64,000 nucleotides of DNA from Leucoraja erinacea (taxonomy: Eukaryota), in assembly GCF_028641065.1 (NCBI RefSeq), contig NW_026576865.1:1-64000 (forward strand), in the 5' to 3' direction. The first letter of the stretch is position 1, and each line of letters opens with the position of its first letter. Both the position numbers and the translations under genes were made by a program. The notes beneath the pieces are model-generated. The model ran no database searches, was not told the DNA's origin, and was given only the letters and a program-made list of their open reading frames with translations. Shown piece after piece: positions 23,571 through 35,674 of the stretch.

Positions 23571-24067
23571 CGTCCGCGTCCGCTGCTCTAGATGTCAGCA
23601 GATCTATGTCGGTGAGACCAAGCGGAGGTTGGGCGATCGTTTCGCCGAACACCTCCGCTCGGTCCGCAATAACCAAGCTGACCTCCCTTCCCGGTGGCTC
23701 AGCACTTCAACTCCCCCTCCCACTCCGTCTCCGACCTCTCTGTCCTGGGCCTCCTCCATGGCCACAGCGAGCAGCACCGGAAATTGGAGGAACAGCACCT
23801 CATATTCCGTTTGGGGAGTCTGCATCCTGGGGGCATGAACATCGAATTCTCCCAATTTTGTTAGTCCTTGCTGTCTCCTCCCCTTCCTCAGTCCCCCTGC
23901 TGTCTCCTCCCAGCCCCCAGCCTTCGGGCTCCTCCTCCTTTTCCTTTCTTGTCCCCGCCCCCGATCAGTCTGAAGAAGGGGTTCGGCCCGAAACGTTGCC
24001 TATTTCCTTCGCTCCATAGATGCTGCTGCACCCGCTGAGTTTCCCCAGCATTTTTTGTGTCACCAAC
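23571..24067 (+). mobile_element. 5'-truncated Penelope-like retroelement: GIY-YIG endonuclease fragment, 3' UTR and hammerhead-like terminal repeat
   Basis: RCSRCQQIYVGETKRRLGDRFAEHLRSV...(frameshift)PVAQHFNSPSHS...RKLEEQHLIFRLGSLHPGGMNIEF shows the YIG motif and CCHH pattern. A 15-bp direct repeat TGACAATTAACTCAC lies at 23556-70 and 24068-82. Confidence 0.85.
23964..24003 (+). ncRNA. Minimal type-I hammerhead ribozyme-like motif in Penelope terminal repeat
   Basis: CTGAAGA (23970-76), GGG-gttcgg-CCC hairpin, GAAA, CGTT. Stem III is replaced by palindromic ACGT and stem I pairing is weak. Confidence 0.5.
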
Positions 24068-24549
24068 TGACAATTAACTCACTTCAACTCATGTGTGTGT
24101 GTGTGTGTGATAAATAGAGTTGATTTGACTTGTCTTCAAAGGTGCGTGTGTAGTGGCCATTTGGCCTATTTTGCATGTCATTGTGGATGGCATGTTCCTT
24201 TAAATTTTAGCCAGCCCGTTATAATGTGGGTGGGAATTTATGATGTGTCTTGGGGCGTGTTAATGCAGCTTAACTGCTTGCGTGTTAGTTTAGTTGCAAA
24301 TTCGTTTTGGACAGGAGAGGGAGAAGGTTTATCCTTCGACCATGTCACAGGTCAAGCATGTCAAGCCTCATGTGAAGAAGGAGACACGAAGAGTTTTCTA
24401 GTATCTGAAGCAATGCGCTGGAGTTTGAAGAAGATTGCTGGAACAGGTCGGAAAACCTTGGATGTATCTTACTGTTTTATATCTACAATAAAGAAAATAT
24501 TCATTAAAAGACTGTGTGCTGAAGCTTTATGAAACATAGAAACATAGAA

Positions 24550-24920
24550 ATTAGGCGCAATCTGCTTTCCCGTTTTTGCCACCAAAATGGATAACCTCAC
24601 ATTTATCCACATTAAACTGCATCTGCCAAACATTTGCCCACTCACCCAGCCTATCCAAGTCACCTTGCAGTCTCCTAGCATCCTCCTCACACCTAACACT
24701 GCCCCCCAGCTTAGTGTCATCCGCAAACTTGGAGATATTGCCTTCAATTCCCTCATCCAGATCATTAATATATATTGTAAATAGCTGGGGTCCCAGTACT
24801 GAGCCTTGCGGTACCCCACTAGTCACTGCCTGCCATTGTGAAAAGGACCCGTTTACTCCTACTCTTTGCTTCCTGTTTGCCAGCCAGTTCTCTATCCACA
24901 TCAATACTGAACCCCCAATG
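24550..24920 (-). mobile_element. CR1 RT core fragment
   Basis: [13 protein letters not shown]...[22 protein letters not shown]...KFADDTKL is the RT catalytic region. Confidence 0.9.
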
Positions 24921-25155
24921 AAAGTAGAAGCTCTGAAAGTCTCTGAGGCAGCTTGCATGCGTACCAAAGATATTCCCCTTATCCCCTCTCGTCCAATTAG
25001 TGGCTAGGGAGTTAATTTCCCGAAAGATCTGAAAAATCTGCCGCTACAGCGTGTTGCGTGAATGGAACAACGCGGTTGTGGGCAGGCAGGAGCTCGACGG
25101 GCCGAAGGGGCTCTGCGTGAATGAACGACGACGCCGCCCGTAATTGTTTACTAGG

Positions 25156-25161
25156 TTTATT
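25156..25161 (-). terminator. Candidate poly(A) signal of the BANF1-like paralog
   Basis: AATAAA on the minus strand about 190 nt past the stop codon. Confidence 0.6.
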
Positions 25162-25352
25162 AATAAATCAGTTTAGAACAGCATAAAATCTGACCAACTT
25201 CCCTCGTGGTGACCCGGGGGGGGGGTCTCTCTCCGATCCGACGATCAATAAAATCTCAGGGGGAGACAAGGCTCTCAATTGTGTGTGTATGTGTGTGTGC
25301 GTGTGTGTCTCTCTCTCTCTCGCTCCCGCTCTCTCCCCTCCCCCCCCCCTCT

Positions 25353-25499
25353 TCAGAGAAACGCATCGCACCACTCCCGTAGACAGCGGTAACAGTCCTC
25401 CGACTGCCGGTTGCCGGCGAAGCAGACCTGTCTCAGCCAACTCTTGAATGCCGTCTTGTCCTGTTTCAGCAGCAAGAACTGGCCCAGAACATCCTTGGC
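25353..25499 (-). CDS. BANF1-like paralog, terminal coding exon
   Basis: ctctgcccccttccag acceptor, then [51 protein letters not shown]. It is 147 nt, the same size and phase as the BANF1 last exon. Confidence 0.9.
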   Translation of the reverse strand, partial: AKDVLGQFLLLKQDKTAFKSWLRQVCFAGNRQSEDCYRCLREWCDAFL

Positions 25500-25664
25500 C
25501 TGGAAGGGGGCAGAGAAACGTGTTAGCTCTGCGTTGTTGAGTCGCGCTGTTACGTGCGGTCGCGATGGCGCAGCGGTAGAGTAGCAGCGCCGGAGACCCG
25601 GGTTCCATTCCCACTACCGGCCACTTCCTCTACAGAGTTTGTACATCCCCCCCCTCCGTGAGTT

Positions 25665-26275
25665 AGAAACATAGAAACATAGAAATTAGGTGCAGGAGTA
25701 GAGGCCATTCGGCCCTTCGAGCCTGCACCATTCGCCATTCAATATGATCATGGCTGATCATCCAACTCAGTATCCCGTACCTGCCTTCTCTCCATACCCC
25801 CTGATCCCCTTGGCCACAAGGGCCACATCTAACTCCCTCTTAAATATAGCCAATGAACTGTGGCCTCAACTACCCTCTGTGGCAGAGAGTTCCAGAGATT
25901 CACCACTCTCTGTGTGAAAAAAGTTCTCCTCATCTCGGTTTTAAAGGATTTCCCCCTTATCCTTAAGCTGTGACCCCTTGTCCTGGACTCCCCCAACATC
26001 GGGAACATTCTTCCTGCATCTAGCCTGTCCAACCCCTTAAGAATTTTGTAAGTTTCTATAAGATCCCCCCTCAATCTCCTAAATTCCAGAGAGTATAAAC
26101 CAAGTCTATCCAGTCTTTCTTCATAAGACAGTCCTGACATCCCAGGAATCAGTCTGGTGAACCTTCTCTGCACTCCCTCTATGGCAATAATGTCCTTCCT
26201 CAGATTTGGAGACCAAAACTGCACGCAATACTCCAGGTGTGGTCTCACCAAGACCCTATACAACTGCATACAACT
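25665..26275 (-). mobile_element. CR1 (HER1-like) 3' end with (TTTCTATG)n tail
   Basis: ORF 25829-26296 encodes the CR1 C-terminus, with a tail at 25665-25685. Confidence 0.9.
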
Positions 26276-26284
26276 TCTATCTGT

Positions 26285-28210
26285 ACATAGAAACATAGAA
26301 AATAGGTGCAGGAGGAGGCCGTTCGGCCCTTCGAGCCAGCACCGCCATTCACTGTGATCATGGCTGATCGTCCCCTATCAATAACCCGTGCCTGCCTTCT
26401 CCCCATATCCCCTCTCCCCACTAGCCTCTATCTAACTCTCTCTTAAATCCATCCAGTGACTTGGCCTCCACTGCCCTCTGCGGCAGGGAATTCCACAAAT
26501 TCACACAACTCTCTGGGTGAAAACGTTTTTTCTCGCCTCAGTCTTAAATGACCTCCCGTTTATTCTAAGACTGTGTGTGTGTGTGGCCCCTGGTTCTGGA
26601 CTCGCCCAACATTGGGAACATTTTTCCTGCATCTAGCTTGTCCAGTCCTTTTATAATTTTATATGTTTGTATAAGATCCCCCCCCCTCATCCTTCCAAAC
26701 TCCAGTGAAGAGCTCCTTAGAGCTGTACAGGCCCTTCGGCCCACTGAGTGCATGCCGACCAGCATGTCCTTCCTGCTCTAGGACTTCTCATATGTTTCTA
26801 TAAGATCCCCCCCCTCATCGTTAAATGACCTCCTCTTTATTCTCCGAGATCTTCGGTTTCCTCCCACCACTCAAAAGGTTTGTAGGTTAATTGGCTTTGG
26901 TAAATGTAAAAATTGTCCCTAGTGGGTGTAGAATAGTGTTAATGGGATAGGATAGGGGATCGCTGGTCGGCACGGTCCCGGTGGGCCGAATGGCCTGTTT
27001 CACTGCTGTATCTCTAAACTAAATAAACTAGACTTAGTTTAGAGTCCAGTACAAGATTATGAGAGGACTAGATCGGGTAAACAGGGACAACAGATGCCAT
27101 TCGGCCCTTCCAGCCAGCACCGCCCATTCAATGTGATCATGGCTGATCATCCAAAATCAAAACCCAGTTCCTGCCTTCTCCCCAAATCCCTTGATTCTGT
27201 TCGCAGAGACAAAGAGTCTCTTGCCCAGAGTAGGGGAATCGCAGACCAGAGGACACAGGTTCAAGGTGAAGGGGGAAATGATTGAATAGGAATCGAAGGG
27301 GTCACATTTTCCACACACCCAGTGACTTGGCCTCCACTGCCCTCTGTGGCAGGGAATTCCACAAATTCACACAACTCTCTGGGTGAAAAGGTTTTTTCTC
27401 ACTTCAGTCTTAAATGGCCTCCCCTTTATTCTAAGACGGTGTGTGTGTGGCCCCTGGTTCTGGCCTCGTTGGGTGTATGGAACGAGCTGCCGGAGGAGGT
27501 AGGTGAGGCTGGGACTCTCCCAATGTTTAAGAAACAGTTGGACAGGTACATGGATAGGACAGGTTTGGAGGGATATGGACCAAGTGCAGGCAGGTGGGTC
27601 TAGTGTAGCTGGGACATGTTGGCCGGTGTGGGCAAGTTGGGCCGAAGGGCCTGTTTCCATGCTGTATCTCTCGATGACTCTAAGAATAGTCTCTTGTCCA
27701 GAGTAGGGGAATCGAGGATCAGAAGACATTGGTTAAAGTGATGGAGGGGGAGAGAAGATTTAATAGGAACCTGAGGGGTAACTATTTTTACACAGAGGTT
27801 GGTTAGTGTCGATGGAACGAGCTGCCGGAGGAGGTAGTTGAGGCAAGGATTTGTTGATACCTGGCCATTGAAACATATAAGATTGTTAAGGGGCTTGGAC
27901 ACACTAGAGGCAGGAAACATGTTCCCGATGTTGGGGGAGTCCAGAACCAGGGGCCACACACACACAGTTTAAGAATAAAGGAGACGAGGAAACACTTTTT
28001 CTCACAGAGTTGTGAGTCTGTGGAAGTCTCTGCCTCAGAGGGCGGTGGAGGCCAGGTTCTCTGGATGCTTTCAAGAGAGAGCTGGATAGAGGTGTTAAAG
28101 ATAGCGGAGTCAGGGGATACGGGGAGCTGATTGGGGATGATCAGCCATGATCACATTGAATGGCGGTGCTGGCTCGAAGGGCCGAATGGCCTCTACTCCT
28201 GCACCTATTG
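26285..28210. mobile_element. Cluster of nested CR1 and V-SINE fragments in both orientations
   Basis: Repeated CR1 3' motifs ([27 protein letters not shown], gatcagccatgatc 3' UTR) and SINE tails. Confidence 0.75.
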
Positions 28211-28411
28211 TCAATTGCCAATTAACCCACAAACCCGCACGTCTTTGGAGTGTGGGAGGAAAACCCACGCAGAACGTGCAAACACCACTCAGACAGCACC
28301 CGTAGTCGGGATCGGACCCAGGTCCCTGGCGCTGAGAGGCAGCAACTCTACCGCTGCCCCACCGAAGGCCGTCATATGTTAAATCCTACTCTTTGCTTCC
28401 TGTCTGCCAAC

Positions 28412-30150
28412 CATAGAAACATAGAAATTAGGTGCAGGAGTAGGCCATTCGGCCCTTCGAGCCTGCAACCCCATTCAATATGATCATGGCTGATCATCCA
28501 ACTCAGTATCCCGTACCTGCCTTCTCTCCATACCCCTGATCCCCTTAGCCACAAGGGCCACATCTAACTCCTTCTTAAATATAGCCAATGAACTGTGGCC
28601 TCAACTACCCTCTGTGGCAGAGAGTTCCAGAGATTCACCACTCTCTGTGTGAAAAAAGTTCTTCTCATCTCGGTTTTAAAGGATTTCCCCCTTTATCCTT
28701 AAGCTGTGACCCCTTGTCCTGGACTTCCCTAACATCGGGAACAATCTTCCTGCATCTAGCCTGTCCAACCCCTTAAGAATTTTGTAAGTTTCTATAAGAT
28801 CCCCTCTCAATCTTCTAAATTCTAGAGAGTATAAACCAAGTCTATCCAGTCTTTCTTCATAAGACAGTCCTGACATCCCAGGAATCAGTCTGGTGAACCG
28901 TCTCTGCACTCCCTCTATGGCAACCAGTTCTCTATCCACGTCAACACCCTACCCCCCAAATCGTGCCTTCCTGTTCTTGCCACCAAAGTGGATAGCCTCA
29001 ACATTTATCCACATTATACTGCATCTGCCATGCTTCTGCCCACTCACCCAAACCTATCCATGTCACCCAGCAGCCTCATAGCATCCTCCTCGCGGCTCAC
29101 ACTGCCACCCAGCTTTGTGTCATCCGCAAACTTAGAGATGTCACATTTAATTCCCTCGTCTAAATCATTGATATATATTGTAGGTACACAAAATTGCTGG
29201 AGAAACTCAGCGGGTGCAGCAGCATCTATGGAGCGAAGGAAATAGGCAACGTTTCGGGTCGAAACCCTTCCGGGTTTCGGCCCGAAACGTTACCTATTTC
29301 CTTCCGGGTTTCAGCCCGAAACGTTGCCTATTTCCTTCGCTCCATAGATGCTGCTGCACCCGCTGAGTTTCTCCAGCAATTTTGTGTACCTTCGATCTTC
29401 CAGCATCTGCAGTTCCTTCTTGAACAATATATACTGTAAACTGGGGTCCCAGCACCGAGCCTTGCGGCACCCCACAAGTCACTGTCTGCCATTCTGAAAA
29501 GGACCCTTTAATTCCCACTCTTTGCTTCCTGTCTGCCAACCAGTTCTCTATCCGTGTCAACACCCTACCCCCAATACCATGTGCTCTAATCTTGCACACT
29601 GCGGGGCCTTGTCAAAGACTTTTTGAAAGTCCAGATACACCGGCTCTCTCCCCTCATCCATTCTACTTGTTACACCCTCAAAAAAATTCCAGAAGATTTG
29701 TCAAGCGTGATTTCCAATTCATAAATCCACGCTGACTTTAACCGATCCTGCCACTGCTTTCCAAATGCGCTGCTATAACAACTCCAGCATCTTCCCCGTT
29801 GCCGGATGTAAGGCTGGCTAACTGGCCTACAATTCCCCGTTTTCTCTCTCCCTCCTTTCTTAAACAGTTGGAGTTACATCGGCTACCCTCCAGTCCACAG
29901 GAACTGACCCAGAGTCGATCACCAATGCGTCCACAATTTCTAGAGCCACCTCCTTGAGTACTCTGCGATGCAGACCATCGGGCCCAGGGGATTTATCTGC
30001 CTTCAGTCCCAACAGTTTACCTGACACTATTTCCTGAATCCACGAATGTGGATTCCTTTCAGTTCCTCCCTCCCACTAGATCCTCTGTCCCCTAGTATTT
30101 CTGGGAGATTGTATGTGTCTTCCTTAGTGAAGACAGAACCAAAGCACTGT
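28412..30150 (-). mobile_element. Long rearranged CR1 ORF2 remnant interrupted by a Penelope palindrome
   Basis: Tail at 28412. Peptides [14 protein letters not shown] and RIENWLADRKQRV...[10 protein letters not shown], with further upstream RT sequence to about 30150. Confidence 0.85.
29181..29426. mobile_element. Penelope-like terminal-repeat palindrome inserted in CR1
   Basis: Inverted arms, two 34-bp units, a 35-nt one-sided tail, and ATATATA(T/C)TGTA duplicated on the flanks. Confidence 0.8.
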
Positions 30151-30169
30151 TTAATTAACTGTTCTGCTA

Positions 30170-30886
30170 CTTCTTGGTGAGACCACACCTGGAGTATTGC
30201 GTACAGTTTTGGCCTCCTAATCTGAGGAAAGACATTCTTGCCATAGAGGATTTGAGTCTAGGAGCAGGGAGGTTCTACTGCAGTTGTACAGGGTCTTGGT
30301 GAGACCACACCTGGAGTATTGCGTACAGTTTTGGTCTCCAAATCTGAGGAAGGACATTATTGCCATAGAGGGGAGTGCAGAGAAGGTTCACCAGACTGAT
30401 TCCTGGGATGTCAGGACTGTCTTATGAAGAAAGACTGGATAGACTTGGTTTATACTCTCTAGAATTTAGGAGATTGAGGGAGGGATCTTATAGAAACTTA
30501 CAAAATTCTTAAGGGGTTGGACAGGCTAGATGCAGGAAGATTGCTCCCGATGTTGGGGAAGTCCAGGACAAGGGGTCACAGCTTAAGGATAAGGGGGAAA
30601 TCCTTTAAAACCGAGATGAGGAGAACCTTTTTCACACAGAGAGTGGTGAATCTCTGGAACTCTCTGCCACAGAGGGTAGTTGAGGCCACAGTTCATTGGC
30701 TATATTTAAGAGGGAGTTAGATGTGGCCCTTGTGGCCAAGGGGGTCGGAGGGTATGGAGAGAAGGCAGGTATGGGATACTGAGTTGGATGATCAGCCATG
30801 ATCATATTGAATGGCGGTGCAGGCTCGAAGGGCCGAATGGCCTCTACTCCTGCACCTAATTTCTATGTTTCTATGTCTATGTTTCT
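30170..30886 (+). mobile_element. CR1 3' end with internal duplication
   Basis: [15 protein letters not shown] segment present twice, followed by 3' UTR and ttctatg tail. Confidence 0.85.
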
Positions 30887-32099
30887 AAGGAAACAAGGAA
30901 AAACATAGAAACATAGAAATTAGGGTATCCGAGTATGAAAATAGCCATAACGTTTTAAATACTTGAGATATGAAAGTGAATTAGGTGTCAAATTAAACTT
31001 CCTTTTATGCTTTATCTGATGGGGGGTAAATTGCAGATTTGATTTTTGAAATCTCAACATTTCGTAACATTCTTCCTGCATCTAGCCTGTCCAACCCCTT
31101 AAGAATTTTGTAAGTTTCTATAAGATCCCCTCTCAATCTTCTAAATTCTAGCGAGTACAAGCCGAGTCTATCCAGTCTTTCTTCATATGAAAGTCCTGTC
31201 ATCCCAGGAATCAGTCTGGTGAACCTTCTCTGTACTCCCTCTATGGCAAGAATGTCCTTCCTCAGATTTGGAGACCAAAACTGTACGCAATACTCCGGGT
31301 GTGGTCTCACCAAGATCCTGTACAACTGCAGTAGAACCTCCCTGCTCCTATACTCAAATCCTCTATGGCAATAATGTCCTTCCTCAGATTTGGAGACCAA
31401 AACTGTACGCAATACTCCGGGTGTGGTCTCACCAAGACCCTGTACAACTGCAGTAGAACCTCTCTGCTCCTATACTCAAATCCTTTTGCAATGAAAGCTA
31501 ACATACCATTCGCTTTCTTTACTGGGAACAATCTTCCTGCATCTAGCCTGTCCAACCCCTGTTTTGGACAGGCTAGATAAATAGAATTTTGTAAGTTTCT
31601 ATAAGATCCCCTCTCAATCTTAATTTGACACCTAATTCACTTTCATATCTCAAGTATTTAAAAGGTTATGGCCATTTTCATACTCGGATACCCTAATTTC
31701 TATGTTTCTATGTTTTTCTTTGTTTCCTTAGAAACATAGACATAGAAACATAGAAATTAGGTGCAGGAGTAGGCCATTCGGCCCTTCGAGCCTGCACCGC
31801 CATTCAATATGATCATGGCTGATCATCCAACTCAGTATCCCGTACCTGCCTTCTCTCCATACCCCCTGATCCCTTTAGCAATCTTCTAAATTCTAGAGAG
31901 TATTAGACGGGCCACGGTGCAGGCTCGATGGGCCGAATGGTCTAATTCTGCCCCTGCCACTTATGAACGTATGAACAGGCCGCCCATGTTGAAATGGCAA
32001 CGCAGCTTTGACGGGCCGAATGGCCTGCACGCGCTGCCAAAACAAGATGGCCGCCAGCGGAGTTCCTGCTCCCACAAGATGGCCGCCGCAGAGCCTCAC

Positions 32100-32245
32100 C
32101 TTGCAAAAGCCCTTCTCTTCCAGCCGTCCTCCCAGGACCAGGCCGATCCCAGCCAGCTCCCTCACCGACTTCTCCTTCATGGGCTCCACCACAAAGTTCT
32201 TGTGCTTCTGCGAGGTGGTGGCAACAGGATAGGAAGGAGGTTTCT
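32100..32245 (-). CDS. BANF1-like paralog, middle coding exon
   Basis: cttcctctgccttccag acceptor, (E)KPPSYPVATTSQKHKNFVVEPMKEKSVRELAGIGLVLGGRLEEKGFCK, GTGAGG donor. There is no Met before TTSQKH. Confidence 0.88.
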
Positions 32246-32519
32246 CTGGAAGGCAGAGGAAGATCCTGTGGGTCACGGAAGGGGGGGGAACCAGTACGCG
32301 GCGACACAGGCCCAGGGCTCAGAGTGTCAGGGTTTACGAGGGGAGGAGGTGGATCAGCCAACTAGGCCGAGTTCTTTCACCAGTGACACCCTTTAGATGT
32401 TAGCGACACAGCACGGAAACAGGCCCTTCAGCCCATCTAGTCCGTGATCACCCCGCACACCAGTACTATCATACACACAGGGAGAAGGCAGGGGAATGGG
32501 ATTGAGAATGGTCATCAAG

Positions 32520-33125
32520 AAGGCTCAGCAGCGGCTGCACTTCCCTCAGGAAACACAACCTGGACTCTAACCTGCTGCTGACCTTCTACCGCTCGTCCAT
32601 CGAGAGCCTGCTGACATACTGCATTACAGCATGGTATGGCAGCTGCACCATGGCAGACAGGGAGAGGCTTCAGAGGGTAACCAGGACAGCGCAGAGGATC
32701 ATTGGCTGCCCTCTCCCCTCCCTGATGGACATCTACACCTCCCGCTGCCTTAGCAGGGCAAAGAAGATCATCAAGGACAGCTCCCATCCTGCGTTTGGAC
32801 TGTTCGACCTGCTGCCCTCTGGAAGGCACTATAGGTGCATCAAATCCAGGACAAACAGACTCAGGAATAGTTGCTTTCCGAAAATTATAACTACTATAAA
32901 TTCTAATTCACACATGCACTGACTTCACTGCCCAACACGGACTTCCATCTGTATATATGTATATAGCGCCGCAGAATTGTGCACCTATTCCACCCCCCAT
33001 CTCTCTTCTGTTTTTTGTTTTTTCTGTTTCTTGTTTTTTGTGCTAAATTGTATGTATGCACTGAGTACGAGCAGCTTTCAGTTTCACTGTACATGTATAG
33101 TGACAATAAATGGCATATCTATATC
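32520..33125 (+). mobile_element. Rex/Babar-type LINE 3' end
   Basis: FYRSSIESLLTYCITAWYG...DRERLQRVTRTAQRIIGCPLPSL...LLPSGRHYRCIKSRTNRLRNS. Confidence 0.85.
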
Positions 33126-33244
33126 TATTGAGCGGGAAAGACTGACTTTTTTAATGGCGGAGCAGACTAGATGGGCCGAATGGCCTCATTCCGCTCCTGG
33201 AAGTTATGAAGCCAATTAACACGCAAAAACGCACACACACACAC

Positions 33245-33460
33245 ATCGGCAGTGCAGCGGGTAGAGCTGCTGCCCCACACACAGCACCGGAGACCCGGGT
33301 TCGATCCCGACCACGGGCGCTGTCTGTACGGAGTTTGCACGCACGCTCTCCCCGTGACCTGCGTGGGTTTCCCCCGGGAGCTCCGGTTCCCGCCCACTCT
33401 CCAAAGACGTGCGGGTTTGCAGGTTAATTGGCTTCGGGTAAGAATTGTGCATTTTTGTGT
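33245..33460 (+). mobile_element. HE1-like tRNA-derived V-SINE
   Basis: A-box-like gtgcagcgggtagag, B box GGTTCGATCC at 33298-33307, and V-SINE core. Confidence 0.8.
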
Positions 33461-33466
33461 GTGTAT

Positions 33467-33925
33467 AACCATATAACCATATAACAATTACAGCACGGAA
33501 ACAGGCCATCTCGGCCCTACAAGTCCGTGCCGAACAAATTTTTTTCCCCCTTAGTCCCACCTGCCTGCACTCATACCATAACCCTCCATTCCCTTCTCAT
33601 CCATATGCCTATCCAATTTATTTTTAAATGATACCAATGAACCTGCCTCCACCACTTCCACTGGGAGCTCATTCCACACCGCTACCACTCTCTGAGTAAA
33701 GAAGTTCCCCCTCATATTACCCCTAAACTTCTGTCCCTTAATTCTGAAGTCATGTCCTCTTGTTTGAATCTTCCCTACTCTCAAAGGGAAAAGCTTGTCC
33801 ACATCAACTCTGTCTATCCCTCTCATCATTTTAAAGACCTCTATCAGGTCCCCCCTTAACCTTCTGCGCTCCAGAGAATAAAGACCTAACTTATTCAACC
33901 TATCTCTGTAACTTAGTTGTTGAAA
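33467..33925 (-). mobile_element. CR1 3' end, (GTTATATG)n-tail subfamily
   Basis: [32 protein letters not shown]..., near-identical to the copies at 41426 and 55264. Confidence 0.9.
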
Positions 33926-35124
33926 CCTGTGTGTGTGTGTGCGGGGATCGCTGGCCGGCATGGACTCGGTGGGCCGAATGGCCTGTTTCCACTGTGTATC
34001 TCTAACCTTTCCTACCCATGTACCTATCCAACTGTTTTTATTAACTCTTTCTCTCCTTCCTGCCTCCACCTCCTCTGGCAGTCGAGATACCCACCACTCT
34101 TTAGAGTGTGGAAACAGGCCCTTTGGCCCAACTTGCCCATACCGGCCAATATGTCCCATCTACACTAGTCCCACCTGCTTGCGTTTGGCCCATATCCCTC
34201 TAAACCTGCCCCATCCATCCACATGTACCTGCCTAAATTGTCCTCCCTTTCAACGTTGTGATAGTCCCCTCTACCTCAACCACCTCCTCCGGCAGCTCGT
34301 TCCGTACACCCACCACCCTCTGATGTTCAGAAAACCATCAACACACATTAAGAGACTCAAAACTGCTGGAGTGACTCAGTGAGTCAGGCAGCATCTCTGG
34401 AGAACATGTTCCAGTGTAGATGGGACACGTTGGTCGGCATGGGCAAGTTGGGCCGAATGGCCTGTTTCCACACTGTATCATAGAAAATAGGTTCAGGAGG
34501 AGGCCATTCGGCCCTTCGAGCCAGCACCGCCATTCATTGTGATCATGGCTGATCGTCCCCAATCAATAACCCGTGCCTGCCTTCTCCCCATATCCCTTGG
34601 CTCCACTAGCCCCTAGCGCTCTATCTAACTCTCTCTTAAATCCATCCAGTGACTTGGCCTCCACTGCCCTCTGTGGCAGGGAATTCCACAAATTCACACA
34701 ACTCTCTGGGTGAAAAGGTTTTTTTCTCACCTCAGTCTTAAATGACCTCCCCTTTATTCTAAGACTGTGTGTGTGTGTGTGGCCCCTGGTTCTGGACTCG
34801 CCCAACACTGGGAACATTTTTCCTGCATCTGAAGCTTGCCCAGTCCTTTTATAATTTTATATGTTTCTGTGGTATTTTATATGTATCACTCAATGAATGT
34901 CTCCAGGTAATGTTTCGGGTCGGGACTCTTGTCCAGACTGGTTGCGGGGATTTTCGAGTGTTGTCCCTGCCCTCTCCCCTCCTCTCTTGTCAAATTTCAA
35001 TCAGTCTTGAAGATGGGCCCCGAACTCAAGGGTCCCAAACATCCACAGTGAGGATAGACACAAAATGCTGCAGTAACTCAGCGGGACAGGCAGCGTCTCT
35101 GGAGAGAAGGAATGGGTTTACGAT

Positions 35125-35600
35125 GGTGGAGAGGGTCAAGAACTTCAGATTCCTGGGCGTGTACATTTCCCAAGATCTCTCCTGGTCCGAGAACACTAAT
35201 GCAAAGCTCATCAGCGCCTCTACTTCCTGAGAAGATTACGGAGAGTCGGTTTGTCAAGGAGGACTCTCTCTAACTTCTACAGATGCACAGTAGAGAGCAT
35301 GCTGACCAGTTGCATCGTGGCTTGGTTCGGCAACCCGAGCGCCCTGGTGAGGAAGAGACTACAAAAAGTAGTAAACACTGCTCAGTCCATCATCGGCTCT
35401 GACCTTCCTTCCATCGAGGGGATTTATCGCAGTCACTGCCTCAAAAAGGCTGGCAGTATCATGAAGGACCCACACACCATCCTGGCCACACACTCATCTC
35501 CCCGCTACCTTCAGGTAGAAGGTACAGGAGCCTGAAGACTGCAACGTCCAGGTTCAGGAATAGCTACTTCCCCACAGCTATTAAACTCAACTTCAAACAA
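35125..35600 (+). mobile_element. Rex/Babar-type LINE fragment
   Basis: VERVKNFRFLGVYISQDLSWSEN and FYRCTVESMLTSCIVAWFG peptides. Confidence 0.8.
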
Positions 35601-35674
35601 ACTCTGAACTATAACAGCCTATTGCACTTTATCTGTTTATTTATGTGTGTGTGTATATATATATTCTATGGTGT

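Noticed and set aside
24095-24532. 145-aa ORF in apparently unique sequence
   Set aside because: Starts in a GT microsatellite, with no recognisable domain or exon structure.
25353-32245. BAF-like gene as BANF2 (BAF-L) or a processed pseudogene
   Set aside because: It retains the BANF1-type TTSQKH, GIG and [10 protein letters not shown] motifs, has introns at conserved positions and shows no stops or frameshifts.
33245-33320. tRNA gene
   Set aside because: The A/B boxes run directly into a V-SINE core, so this is a SINE head.
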